Positions 29,020-37,529 of a DNA stretch of 64,000 nucleotides are shown here, in pieces (within the stretch, counting starts at the first letter, position 1; each line of letters opens with the position of its first letter). The DNA comes from an uncultured bacterium (GTDB lineage: Bacteria; Chlamydiota; Chlamydiia; Chlamydiales; SM23-39). Where the stretch lies: the NCBI GenBank assembly GCA_964466185.1, contig CAYXMS010000003.1:2937-66936 (forward strand). Reading direction: 5' to 3'. The position numbers were made by a program, and so were the translations under genes. Below the pieces are notes generated by a model. That model ran no database searches. It saw nothing but the letters and a program-made list of their open reading frames with translations, and was not told the origin of the DNA.

Positions 29020-30005
29020 TGCTCTTGATATTTATCTGTTTCCGCTTTTCCAGCTTCTACTTGTTTGTAGGAGCATAAAGGAAAAAGTTCCGGTAAAGAA
29101 TGTGCCTTGGGAGGAGGTGCTGGCCGTTCAAGATGCTGTTTAGGAATAGCAGGCATGGATTTGCTGCCCATTGCGCTGGCAGATATAGGGCCGAATGATA
29201 CAATAGCTGCTCTGCGCCCCTGTCTGGCTTTGGGATGTTTTTTTGTTCTTAAACGCTGCAGTTTTTCGGCAAGCTGTTTTAAAATTTCTTCCTGTTTATT
29301 AATAGAGGCCATTCTAAATATATCACGGCCTTCTTGATCTTTTAGATCTATTGAAGCGCTATTTTCTAAAAGTAAATTTACTATTTGCGTATATCCCAAA
29401 GAAGCTGCCCAGAAAAGCGCACAGCGTCCATCTGCATCTTGGTCATCTATTTTAGCTCCTCTTGCAATTAACATTTTAGCAATCTCAAACTTGTTAGTAA
29501 CGGCTGTAGCATGCAGCGCTGTATAATCGCCGCGGCTTTTGGCATTGACATCTGTCAGGGGGTTTTTTAAAAGACGTTTTACAAGATCTTTTTGCCCTTT
29601 GAACGCTGCTTGGTGAAGAGGGGTAAACTGCTGCTTATCACATACAGAAGGGTCGGCTCCATGATCCAAAAGTAAAATAGCAATCGTGCTTTGGCAATGC
29701 CAAGCTGCATTATGCAAAGGTAAATCTCCGTCTTTATCGCCTATAGTTAAATCTGCATTTTTTTCTAATAAAAATGTAACTATAGCTTGATATCCCTTTT
29801 TAACAGCTCTATTGAGTAAGGTGTCTGCATCAAGATGTTGGGCATTAATATCTCCTCCTTGGTTCAAAAAGTCTTGAAAGATTCTTATATCAGGCTCTTT
29901 TTCTTCCAATTCTGCAAAAAGATCATCCAAGGTAATATCTTGAACTTCAGCTGGCAGGAATAATGATATATTACTAGATGAGCAAGCTTCAATAGATGAA
30001 GACAT
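29004..30005 (-). CDS. Ankyrin-repeat protein (eukaryote-like, candidate effector)
   Basis: 333 aa with 5-6 ANK repeats (TPLHQAAFKGQKDLVKRLL, TALHATAVTNKFEIAKMLIARGAKID etc). It has a basic and Pro-rich C-terminal tail and is visibly GC-richer than its neighbours. Confidence 0.9.
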   Translation of the reverse strand: MSSSIEACSSSNISLFLPAEVQDITLDDLFAELEEKEPDIRIFQDFLNQGGDINAQHLDADTLLNRAVKKGYQAIVTFLLEKNADLTIGDKDGDLPLHNAAWHCQSTIAILLLDHGADPSVCDKQQFTPLHQAAFKGQKDLVKRLLKNPLTDVNAKSRGDYTALHATAVTNKFEIAKMLIARGAKIDDQDADGRCALFWAASLGYTQIVNLLLENSASIDLKDQEGRDIFRMASINKQEEILKQLAEKLQRLRTKKHPKARQGRRAAIVSFGPISASAMGSKSMPAIPKQHLERPAPPPKAHSLPELFPLCSYKQVEAGKAETDKYQEHYIML

Positions 30006-30095
30006 AAAAACCTCCTGTTTAAAGATTGCTTAAAATTTTTAAAGGTTCTCTTTGAATTTGTAAATAAAAATTTTTAATTTAGCAGCTTTTGGCAA

Positions 30096-30126
30096 GAATC
30101 CATCTTTTTTCGGTAGCGGTAATTGG
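30096..30126 (+). repeat. Possible degenerate copy of the dispersed hairpin element
   Basis: gaatccatcttttttcggtagcggtaattgg, reading ESIFFR. The resemblance is weak. Confidence 0.25.
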
Positions 30127-30129
30127 CTT

Positions 30130-31383
30130 TTAATCCAATTCTTGCAAAAACTTGTCTAATTGCTGATTAATTTCCAAATGTTTGATGCTGGCACGGATTT
30201 TTCGTGCAGAAGAAAAGGTTTTTGGATATAAAAAAGCTTCTTTTAAAAGTTGATAAAGCAGCTTTTCATCCATGCGTTTTAAGATTCTGCCGTTTTTTTT
30301 ATTGATGATTTCTTTTCCGCCGTTAAAAGCAGAAGTTATGGTAAATATACCCATAGCTAAGGCTTCTAAAGTAGTATTGGCAAACGGATCATAATAAGAA
30401 GGCAGAACAAAAGTATCAGCTAGAGCATAAAAAATTTTGGTGTTAGTTTGTTTGCCAAAAAAAGAAACATGTTTTTGCAGATGATATTTTTTAGTTAATT
30501 TTAGATAAGATTTTAGTTTTTTGTCTTTTCCTAAAATGGACAGATGCCAATTTTTTGTTTTATTTTTAACTTTTGGGTTTTGGTGATTTTGTTCTTTTTT
30601 TAAAAGATAAAAAGCTTTTAATAAAAGATCCAAGCCCTTGCGTTTAAATCCATGGCCAACAAATAAAAAATGATGGGCATTTGCAGGAAGTTTTAGACTT
30701 TTTAAGAAACAAGCTTTTTGGGAAAAAGAATCTTCGAAAAATTTTTGTAGGCTTTTCCATTCTACGCCGTTATGTATGACTTTTATTTTTTTGAAAAGAG
30801 CAGATTCGGGATATAGTGAACAAATTTGTTTTTTGACCATGTTGGAATTGACGATGATTTTTTTTAAATTGGGATTTAAAAAAGCTTTTTTTTCAAAATG
30901 TAAAATAGTTAAATGGCGGGGATCTAAAAATAAAAGCAGTTTTTTTAAAATGTTTTCATATTCCAACCTTTGCTTTAGAAAAAATCGGTGCACTCCGTTT
31001 CCTAGCCTTAAATGGGTTTGATAGGTGCTTTTGTCCAGTCCCAAAATTAAGTGATGAGGATGTTTTTTTAAATAGCTTTTAACTTGCCGGTTATAATAAA
31101 TAAGTTGTAGAAAATGAGGCGCAAATCTTGGCAGTTTTTTGAGTAGATGGAGATGGATATTTTGATTTTTAAAACTTAGAGAAGAATGGTTTAAGTTTTT
31201 TGGGGATTTGCCAGCTTGGGTAGTTAAAATAGTAATAGCTCTGGATTTATTGTTATATTCAAATTGGTGGTAAGTATCCGAAGATTTTTTAAAGCTTTGT
31301 TTTTTTAAAAAAGCTTCACAGATGGCAAAAGCCTGTTTTTCCAGCCCGCCATCTGTATGGAATTGGTTTTTTAAGATAAGCAT
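30130..31383 (-). CDS. Glycosyltransferase family 4 (GT-B, RfaG-like)
   Basis: 417 aa with an N-terminal DGGLEKQA and a C-terminal LPSYYDPFANTTLEALAMGIFTITSAFNGGKEII (EX7E region). It starts 1 nt after the ybbR stop. Confidence 0.85.
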   Translation of the reverse strand: MLILKNQFHTDGGLEKQAFAICEAFLKKQSFKKSSDTYHQFEYNNKSRAITILTTQAGKSPKNLNHSSLSFKNQNIHLHLLKKLPRFAPHFLQLIYYNRQVKSYLKKHPHHLILGLDKSTYQTHLRLGNGVHRFFLKQRLEYENILKKLLLFLDPRHLTILHFEKKAFLNPNLKKIIVNSNMVKKQICSLYPESALFKKIKVIHNGVEWKSLQKFFEDSFSQKACFLKSLKLPANAHHFLFVGHGFKRKGLDLLLKAFYLLKKEQNHQNPKVKNKTKNWHLSILGKDKKLKSYLKLTKKYHLQKHVSFFGKQTNTKIFYALADTFVLPSYYDPFANTTLEALAMGIFTITSAFNGGKEIINKKNGRILKRMDEKLLYQLLKEAFLYPKTFSSARKIRASIKHLEINQQLDKFLQELD

Positions 31384-31384
31384 T

Positions 31385-32638
31385 TTAGTTTTGCTGAACT
31401 ATGATTTCCTGAGCATCTACTTTTATATTTAAGTCTAGTTTTTGTCCCTGTTCTGTATAAAGAGAAAAGTTATTCATATAATTTTTAAAGCGATTGCGCA
31501 AATATTCTACTTTTTGTTCTGGCTTGATGGTCTCGTTTTTTAAGGTAGTTTCGCTGTTTTCTTTTATAATTTTAGCTACAAAACTGTCTTCCAGTTCTTT
31601 AGGATAAATAAATTGCACTGACCATAGCAGTTTTTCACGCAGGTTTTTGGGAGAGACGATAATCACAATTTCCAGTCTGTCTTTAACTACATCTAAAAAT
31701 TGTTGTGAAGTATTGCGTACAAAAAGTTCGGGACAGGTAACTTTAATACCATTTTTTTCACAGACAAATTCATTAACGGCCAAGGCATAGGTGTCGGGAT
31801 TTAAGGTTTCACTGAAATTAAAAGGAAAATAAAGCGCAATGGGAATAGGTTGTTTCAGAGGAATTAAGTCTTTTTTAGCAAAGTCGATACGCAAAAAATT
31901 AGCTTTGGGATCATCTATGACAAACGGGGTGGAAGAAAGAGAAGACACAATAATTTTTTTCCAGTTGTCTGGAATCATGTATGATACTTCGTCCCTGTCT
32001 TTGGCCTGTTGCTTTAGTGTTTCAATTTCTTTAGAAGAAATTTCATTTAAATTGAAAGTGATTTTAAGGCCTTTAGCCTTTAGATTTTTTAAAACTTCTT
32101 CAGGCCCTGATAAAGTAATGTATAGTTGGTATGGCCAAATATCTAAAAATTGATAGCCTTCAGGCGGCTCCCCAATTGGCCTGGATACAAACAGGGGGAT
32201 TTTTTCAGTAGCCAAATTGGATAATTTAATAATAAATGATGTATGGGTCATTTTGGCAATGGCTTTTTGCAGATCCAAATTGCGGTCGTAAGAGATCAGA
32301 TCCCTGGGACTTAAAGAAGGAACCCATTCATTGCCTTTGCCTTGTGCATCTACTACAGCTTCTACATCAGAAGAAGTTAAGTCTTCCAGAATTTTTTTAT
32401 TGCCTGTTAAAGTCAAAGAAATTTTTTTGGGGAGGAAATTTTTTTCGGTTAGTTTTTCAATTGTTTTACCAGGTGGTATGTTAATAACTTTTACTGGTAC
32501 ATTATGTACAGTCTTAGAGCTTGTCATGGATTGGCTGACCATTAACCAAATAAACAGTGCCAGAATTAAAGAAACCAGTTTGCGCGGCCAGTTTTCTAAA
32601 AAAAATTTGATTAAAAGACTTTTCATTGTTTGATCCAT
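31385..32638 (-). CDS. ybbR: YbbR/CdaR-like regulator of diadenylate cyclase
   Basis: 417 aa with an N-terminal TM then repeated beta-rich modules. It overlaps the dacA stop by 16 nt. The call rests mainly on position and architecture. Confidence 0.7.
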   Translation of the reverse strand: MDQTMKSLLIKFFLENWPRKLVSLILALFIWLMVSQSMTSSKTVHNVPVKVINIPPGKTIEKLTEKNFLPKKISLTLTGNKKILEDLTSSDVEAVVDAQGKGNEWVPSLSPRDLISYDRNLDLQKAIAKMTHTSFIIKLSNLATEKIPLFVSRPIGEPPEGYQFLDIWPYQLYITLSGPEEVLKNLKAKGLKITFNLNEISSKEIETLKQQAKDRDEVSYMIPDNWKKIIVSSLSSTPFVIDDPKANFLRIDFAKKDLIPLKQPIPIALYFPFNFSETLNPDTYALAVNEFVCEKNGIKVTCPELFVRNTSQQFLDVVKDRLEIVIIVSPKNLREKLLWSVQFIYPKELEDSFVAKIIKENSETTLKNETIKPEQKVEYLRNRFKNYMNNFSLYTEQGQKLDLNIKVDAQEIIVQQN

Positions 32639-33408
32639 TCCCGGAAATTAAATTTAGTAAAAGGTATTTTGTTAGGAGGATTGAAAATGCTTCTGATAAT
32701 GCCTTTAAACCGATCTATTTTAATGCCTCTGGTCATAATTCCATCTCTGGCTATGGATACTTTGCCGCTTTCTTCGGATACGACGATGATCAAAGCATCA
32801 GAAGTATGGGAAAGACCAAGAGCCGCCCGGTGTCTGGTTCCCATGGATTTGGTTAGCTGATTAGTATCGTCTACTAAAGGTAAGATGGCAGCTGCTGCTA
32901 AAATAATCTGTTCTCTAATAATAATAGCTCCATCATGTAGGGGAGTTGTGGGGCTAAAAATGGTTTCGACAAGTTCTGATGAAAAATCTGCATTTAAAAG
33001 AATTGCCTTTTGAGCATAGTCTTCCAAAGAATCTTCATTTTCGATGGCAATTAAAGCGCCGATTCTTTTTTCTGCAAGCTTGTAAATGCTGCCGGCCAAA
33101 GGCTCTAAAAATTTATCAAACTCGGAAAGCTTTTTGTGTTTTCTGCTTTTTAAAGACAGTTTTGAAAGAGCGACTCTTAATTCTGGCTGGAAAATAACAA
33201 TAATAGCTATAACAGCAGCATTTCCCAAGATCAGCATTATGGTGCGTAAAACGGGCAGGTCCAATAAAGAGGACAGGGACATTAACAGAAGGAAAGCTAA
33301 AAATCCCCAGACCAGATCAATTGATTTGGTATTCCAAAAAAAAGACAAAAGATAATTTAACAAAACAGCAATGATGACAATTTCAAAAAAAGAAGAGAAC
33401 CAAGTCAT
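32623..33408 (-). CDS. dacA: Diadenylate cyclase (c-di-AMP synthase), membrane-anchored
   Basis: 261 aa with three N-terminal TMs. DAC motifs are LHDGAIIIRE and GTRHRAALGLSHTSDALIIVVSEESGKVSIA. Confidence 0.92.
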   Translation of the reverse strand: MTWFSSFFEIVIIAVLLNYLLSFFWNTKSIDLVWGFLAFLLLMSLSSLLDLPVLRTIMLILGNAAVIAIIVIFQPELRVALSKLSLKSRKHKKLSEFDKFLEPLAGSIYKLAEKRIGALIAIENEDSLEDYAQKAILLNADFSSELVETIFSPTTPLHDGAIIIREQIILAAAAILPLVDDTNQLTKSMGTRHRAALGLSHTSDALIIVVSEESGKVSIARDGIMTRGIKIDRFKGIIRSIFNPPNKIPFTKFNFREWIKQ

Positions 33409-33577
33409 AAAGATACTTTTTTTGTTAAATAATTTTTGTTAAATCAATAGGATTGTTTGACTTTTATAAAAATGTCATAAAATTTTTTTAAAAAAATTTC
33501 TATTTTCAAAATAAAAATATTTATTCTTATATTATTTTATAAAATAATATAGCACAAAAAAGAAAATTAGAAAAAAC

Positions 33578-34159
33578 TTAAATTTTTTTTTCTGGGAAAC
33601 CGATTAATTTTTCATAGCATAAAATCAGATGTTCTGCCCCCCGCATAGCACGGTGGGGTTTTTGTTCGGGGGGGAGTTTTAGCTCTTCTGCAATCATGTC
33701 CTTAGAAAAACTTTTAAAGCTGTTGATAGGTTTTTGCTCTTTTACATAAATGGCCCAGTACATAGAGGCCAGATCCAGCCAGTGATAGGGCCAAAGCAGA
33801 TGGTCTTGCAATTTGTTTTCTATAATTTGAGAAAAGAAAATACGGTCGAAAGACGGATTTTGACAGATAAAAACAGCATTTTTTCTATGAATTTTCAAGT
33901 CTTCAAACTGTTTTAAAATATCTTCTTTAACCTGTTCTTCTTTAACTCCATTTTTAATATTATTGTAGGTAAATCCGTTTACTGCCAGGCTGTCGGGATT
34001 GGAAATTTCCCAGATCTCGTCAGGTTGGAACACTAGTGATTCATAGACGCCGAACTTTTTAGCTGTATTAAGGTCAATAATTTGATAAGCAATATCTAAA
34101 ATCCGGTGGCGGAAAGGATCTAGTCCATTGGTTTCTGTATCTAAAAAAATGCCTAGCAT
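33578..34159 (-). CDS. DEDDh 3'-5' exonuclease (DnaQ/RNase T superfamily)
   Basis: 193 aa with LDTETNGLDP (Exo I), NPSFDRIFF (Exo II) and HRAMRGAEH (Exo III, His type). Confidence 0.8.
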   Translation of the reverse strand: MLGIFLDTETNGLDPFRHRILDIAYQIIDLNTAKKFGVYESLVFQPDEIWEISNPDSLAVNGFTYNNIKNGVKEEQVKEDILKQFEDLKIHRKNAVFICQNPSFDRIFFSQIIENKLQDHLLWPYHWLDLASMYWAIYVKEQKPINSFKSFSKDMIAEELKLPPEQKPHRAMRGAEHLILCYEKLIGFPEKKI

Positions 34160-34461
34160 AAAAAAAAATAAAAAGTTTTTTGTTAAGTGTATGACAATAA
34201 CAAGCTAAAAAAGATTATTCAAGCTATTTATATTTTTTTAAAAAATATTACGAGTTTTGATCGTGGGATTTAAGGAATTAATTTTTAAAACTATAGATAA
34301 CGCTTTTGAAATAGTGTCAAAATCATTTATAATGATATCTTTTGAAAAAAGTTGTAAAAGTCTTTAACTGGTTTTAACTAGTTGAATAGGTTAATTTTTA
34401 TAAAATATTAAAAATATTATTTATTTATTTTAAAACTTTTATTGTTTATTAGTAATAACAT

Positions 34462-34878
34462 ATGCCGCTGCCCCGCCGTAAATTTAGAGAGTTGCTTTTT
34501 CAAATTCTGTTTTCCAAAGAGTTTTATTTGGATTCAGAAAAACAGGCTACTGTTTGTTTGATGGATTTTTTAAAAACTACCCGTAGTCAGGTGAAACAGG
34601 CAGAAAATGAAATTAAAAAACTTTTAGATAGTAAAGACTTTATCGATGAGTTAATCAGAAAATTTTCTACAGAATATCGGATTGAAAGAATTTCTAAAGT
34701 AGAGCTGACTGTTTTACGCTTGGCCTTATTCGAACTTTTTTTCCTGCCAGAGAGTTCTAAAAAAATTACAATTTCAGAAGCTAAACGTCTTTGCCGTAAA
34801 TTCGGTTCTGAGAAAAGTTCCTCTTTTGTTCAGGCGCTTTTAAATCATATATGTCAGGAAAAACAACTAGAAAAATAA
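34462..34878 (+). CDS. nusB: Transcription antitermination factor NusB
   Basis: 138 aa with RELLFQILF, LRLALFEL and an ISEAKRL-type helix pattern. Confidence 0.85.
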   Translation: MPLPRRKFRELLFQILFSKEFYLDSEKQATVCLMDFLKTTRSQVKQAENEIKKLLDSKDFIDELIRKFSTEYRIERISKVELTVLRLALFELFFLPESSKKITISEAKRLCRKFGSEKSSSFVQALLNHICQEKQLEK

Positions 34879-34938
34879 GCCAGTATTTTTAATATGTTGT
34901 GGTTTTGTTTTTTTTAATAAAAAAAAATCTTTTTTAAA

Positions 34939-34985
34939 GTACAATTGTAATTGAATCTTTTTCCTCTAAAGGCGAAGGATTTTTG
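34939..34985 (-). repeat. Dispersed hairpin element copy
   Basis: 34966-34981 (ctaaaggcgaaggatt) is the exact reverse complement of 56040-56055. The minus strand reads ...AKNQKSFAFRGKRFNYN, and that frame stays open ~40 codons upstream. Confidence 0.6.
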
Positions 34986-35317
34986 GTTTTTAGCTCCGAG
35001 CAATTTCGGCAGCGTTCTAGGTTTTAGACCAGTATACCGAAGGCCGGATTTTTTGATTTTTTAAACATACTTGGTTATCGTATGTTATTGAACTTTTACT
35101 ATAGTGTTTTACTTTTGAAAGATTTTTTAAAGAATCCTATACATTTTTCAGAAAACAAAAATGGCTTAAAGCCAATATTCGCAAAAAAGCAAATTTTAAC
35201 TTTAAAATATTTCAACTTTTTAAGAAAAAAACATTTTGCGCTTTATATCCTGTCCCTAAAATAATAGGTTTTATGGAGCATCTGATAAAAAAATAATAAA
35301 TTTTAAGAGCAGACATT

Positions 35318-36217
35318 TTGCAATTACGAATCGAGACAGCAAAAGACTTAAAAAACTTTACTACTTTGGGCATTGGAGGTAAAGCTGCTTTTTTTACTGA
35401 AGTCCAAACTAAAAATGAGCTAAAAGAGGCTTTTTTCTTTGTCCGCAAAAACAAACTGCCTTTTTTTCTTTTAGGCAGAGGGTCCAATGTCTTTTTTGAT
35501 GATGCAGGCTTTTCAGGGCTGGTTATTTTGAATAGGATTGATTTTATTAAGATAATTAATCAGCAGATGGGTAATTCCCTTGCTTTGCAGGCCGGAAGTG
35601 GCTGCAGTCTGTATAAATTAGTGCAGGAAGCCAGAAAATCCAATTTTTCCGATTTGGATTTTACTTTGGGCATACCGGCATCTTTAGGCGGAGCGGTTTA
35701 TATGAATGCAGGGGCTTTTGGTTTTTCTATGGCGGATGTTTTAGAAGAAGTTGAAGTTGTTTTTGCAGATGGCACAGAAAAGGTTTTTAGCAAAAAAGAG
35801 CTGGTATTCGATTATAGATTTAGCTCTTTGCAAAAATTACAAGGTTTTATAGCTTCTGTGAAGCTGCTGTTGAAAAAAGCTCTGTTTCAACCATCTTTAG
35901 CTTTACAGTTTTTAGAAAAACGGCAGAAAACTCAGCCATTAAGTACTAAAAATGCAGGTTCGGTTTTCCGAAACCCTCAGAATTTTGCTGCAGCTTATTT
36001 GATTGAAAAAGCAGGTTTAAAAAAAATTCAGATGGGAGGAGCGAAAATTTCTGATTTGCATGCTAATTTTATTATTAATCAAGATCAAGCCAGTTCACAA
36101 GATATGTTGAATCTGATTGGCCATATTAAAAAGGTAATTTTTCAAAAATATAAAATTCAACTTAAAGAAGAGCTTGTTTACGTACCTAAAGACGGTTTAA
36201 AAAAAAGGAGAAAATAA
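35318..36217 (+). CDS. murB: UDP-N-acetylenolpyruvoylglucosamine reductase
   Basis: 299 aa, TTG start. Motifs are LKNFTTLGIGGKA, LGRGSNVFFDDAGFSG and NAGSVFRNP. Confidence 0.9.
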   Translation: MQLRIETAKDLKNFTTLGIGGKAAFFTEVQTKNELKEAFFFVRKNKLPFFLLGRGSNVFFDDAGFSGLVILNRIDFIKIINQQMGNSLALQAGSGCSLYKLVQEARKSNFSDLDFTLGIPASLGGAVYMNAGAFGFSMADVLEEVEVVFADGTEKVFSKKELVFDYRFSSLQKLQGFIASVKLLLKKALFQPSLALQFLEKRQKTQPLSTKNAGSVFRNPQNFAAAYLIEKAGLKKIQMGGAKISDLHANFIINQDQASSQDMLNLIGHIKKVIFQKYKIQLKEELVYVPKDGLKKRRK

Positions 36218-36219
36218 GT

Positions 36220-37110
36220 TTGATTTCAAGATCAGGTAATGCGTATGAGAATTTGTTAAAATGCTATGATTTGCATATTCATAGCACATGCTCGGATGGT
36301 ATTTTGAGCCCTTCTGAAATTTTATATTCAGCTAAAGAAAAAGGCCTGGCGGGCCTTTCTATTACCGATCATGATATTTTTGCTGCTTATACTGAATGTT
36401 TTTTTGCTTTAGCTAAACAATTGAAGCTGGAAATTATAACGGGTATAGAGATGTCTTCTGAACATGAAGGAAAAAGTATACATGTTTTAGGCTATGATTT
36501 TAAGCTCTCTTCCATTTCTTTTTTAAAGTTTATTCGTAATTTGCAGAAGATTAGATATGAACGTAATTTAAAAATTTTGGAAAAGCTTAAAAAGTATCAG
36601 ATATACATCGAAGAAAAAGAACTTTATGTCGATGGTAAAAAAGTTTGTAAGGGCAGGCCTCAAATTGCCAAGTTAATAGTTGCTAAGAAAAAAGCTAAAA
36701 ATTTTCAGAAAGCTTTTGATCTTTTTTTGAAAGAAGGCGCTAGCTGCTATGTTGCAGCTAATAAATTGAAAACTGAAGCAGTGATTGAACAAATTCATAA
36801 AGCCCAGGGCAAAGCCGTTTTGGCTCATCCCCATCAAATCAAAAATAAAAAACAGGTGCTCAAGCTTTTAGATCTGTCTTTTGATGGAATAGAAGTTTTT
36901 TATGGCAGACTGCCTAGTTTCGAAGAAGAAAAATGGCTGCAAATTGCTAAGAAAAAAAACTTGTTAATTACCGGCGGTTCTGATTTTCATGGCATTGAAA
37001 AAACAGCTGTCGGCATAAATCAGACTGAAAATACTAGTGATAACTATAAGACATTTATAGGCAGCTCGTGGATTGATGATAAAACTTTAAAACAGCTTTT
37101 AAAAAAATAA
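36220..37110 (+). CDS. PHP-domain phosphoesterase (TrpH/YciV-like)
   Basis: 296 aa with YDLHIHSTCSDG, VLAHPH and GGSDFHG. Confidence 0.85.
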   Translation: MISRSGNAYENLLKCYDLHIHSTCSDGILSPSEILYSAKEKGLAGLSITDHDIFAAYTECFFALAKQLKLEIITGIEMSSEHEGKSIHVLGYDFKLSSISFLKFIRNLQKIRYERNLKILEKLKKYQIYIEEKELYVDGKKVCKGRPQIAKLIVAKKKAKNFQKAFDLFLKEGASCYVAANKLKTEAVIEQIHKAQGKAVLAHPHQIKNKKQVLKLLDLSFDGIEVFYGRLPSFEEEKWLQIAKKKNLLITGGSDFHGIEKTAVGINQTENTSDNYKTFIGSSWIDDKTLKQLLKK

Positions 37111-37145
37111 TCTTATAAATTTCCCAAAATTTGATTTAATTTTTT

Positions 37146-37190
37146 GATATGTACGAACTTTTTTGAGTTTAAAGGGGGAAAGGATGTTTT
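37146..37190 (-). repeat. Dispersed hairpin element copy (degenerate)
   Basis: The minus strand reads aaaaacatcctttccccctttaaactcaaaaaagttcgtacatatc. It lies head-to-head with the copy at 37267. Confidence 0.4.
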
Positions 37191-37266
37191 TGTTAAAAAA
37201 TTTAATTTCTGTTTTATATTGTATAACAGAGAGTTATTCTGATACGTCTTTTATCAAACGCGCCAT

Positions 37267-37303
37267 AAAACCTGCCCCCTTTAGGCGGTTCTTTGAACAT
37301 ATC
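37267..37303 (+). repeat. Dispersed hairpin element copy
   Basis: aaaacctgccccctttaggcggttctttgaacatatc, reading KPAPFRRFFEHI. Confidence 0.5.
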
Positions 37304-37529
37304 TATTCTTTTTTTTGTATTTTATTACTATTACTTAATAATTTAAATTAATATTTAAACTGCTAAACACTAGTTGTTTATGTTGTTAAAAATATCCCCC
37401 TGTAAATAAGCTGCTTATAACAAGCAACTTATAAATAACAATTAAGTTTATGTATAAAAATTGATTTGCTGATTTTAATTAAAAAAAATGTTATTATATA
37501 TACTATAATAATTAATGTGACTATTTTTT

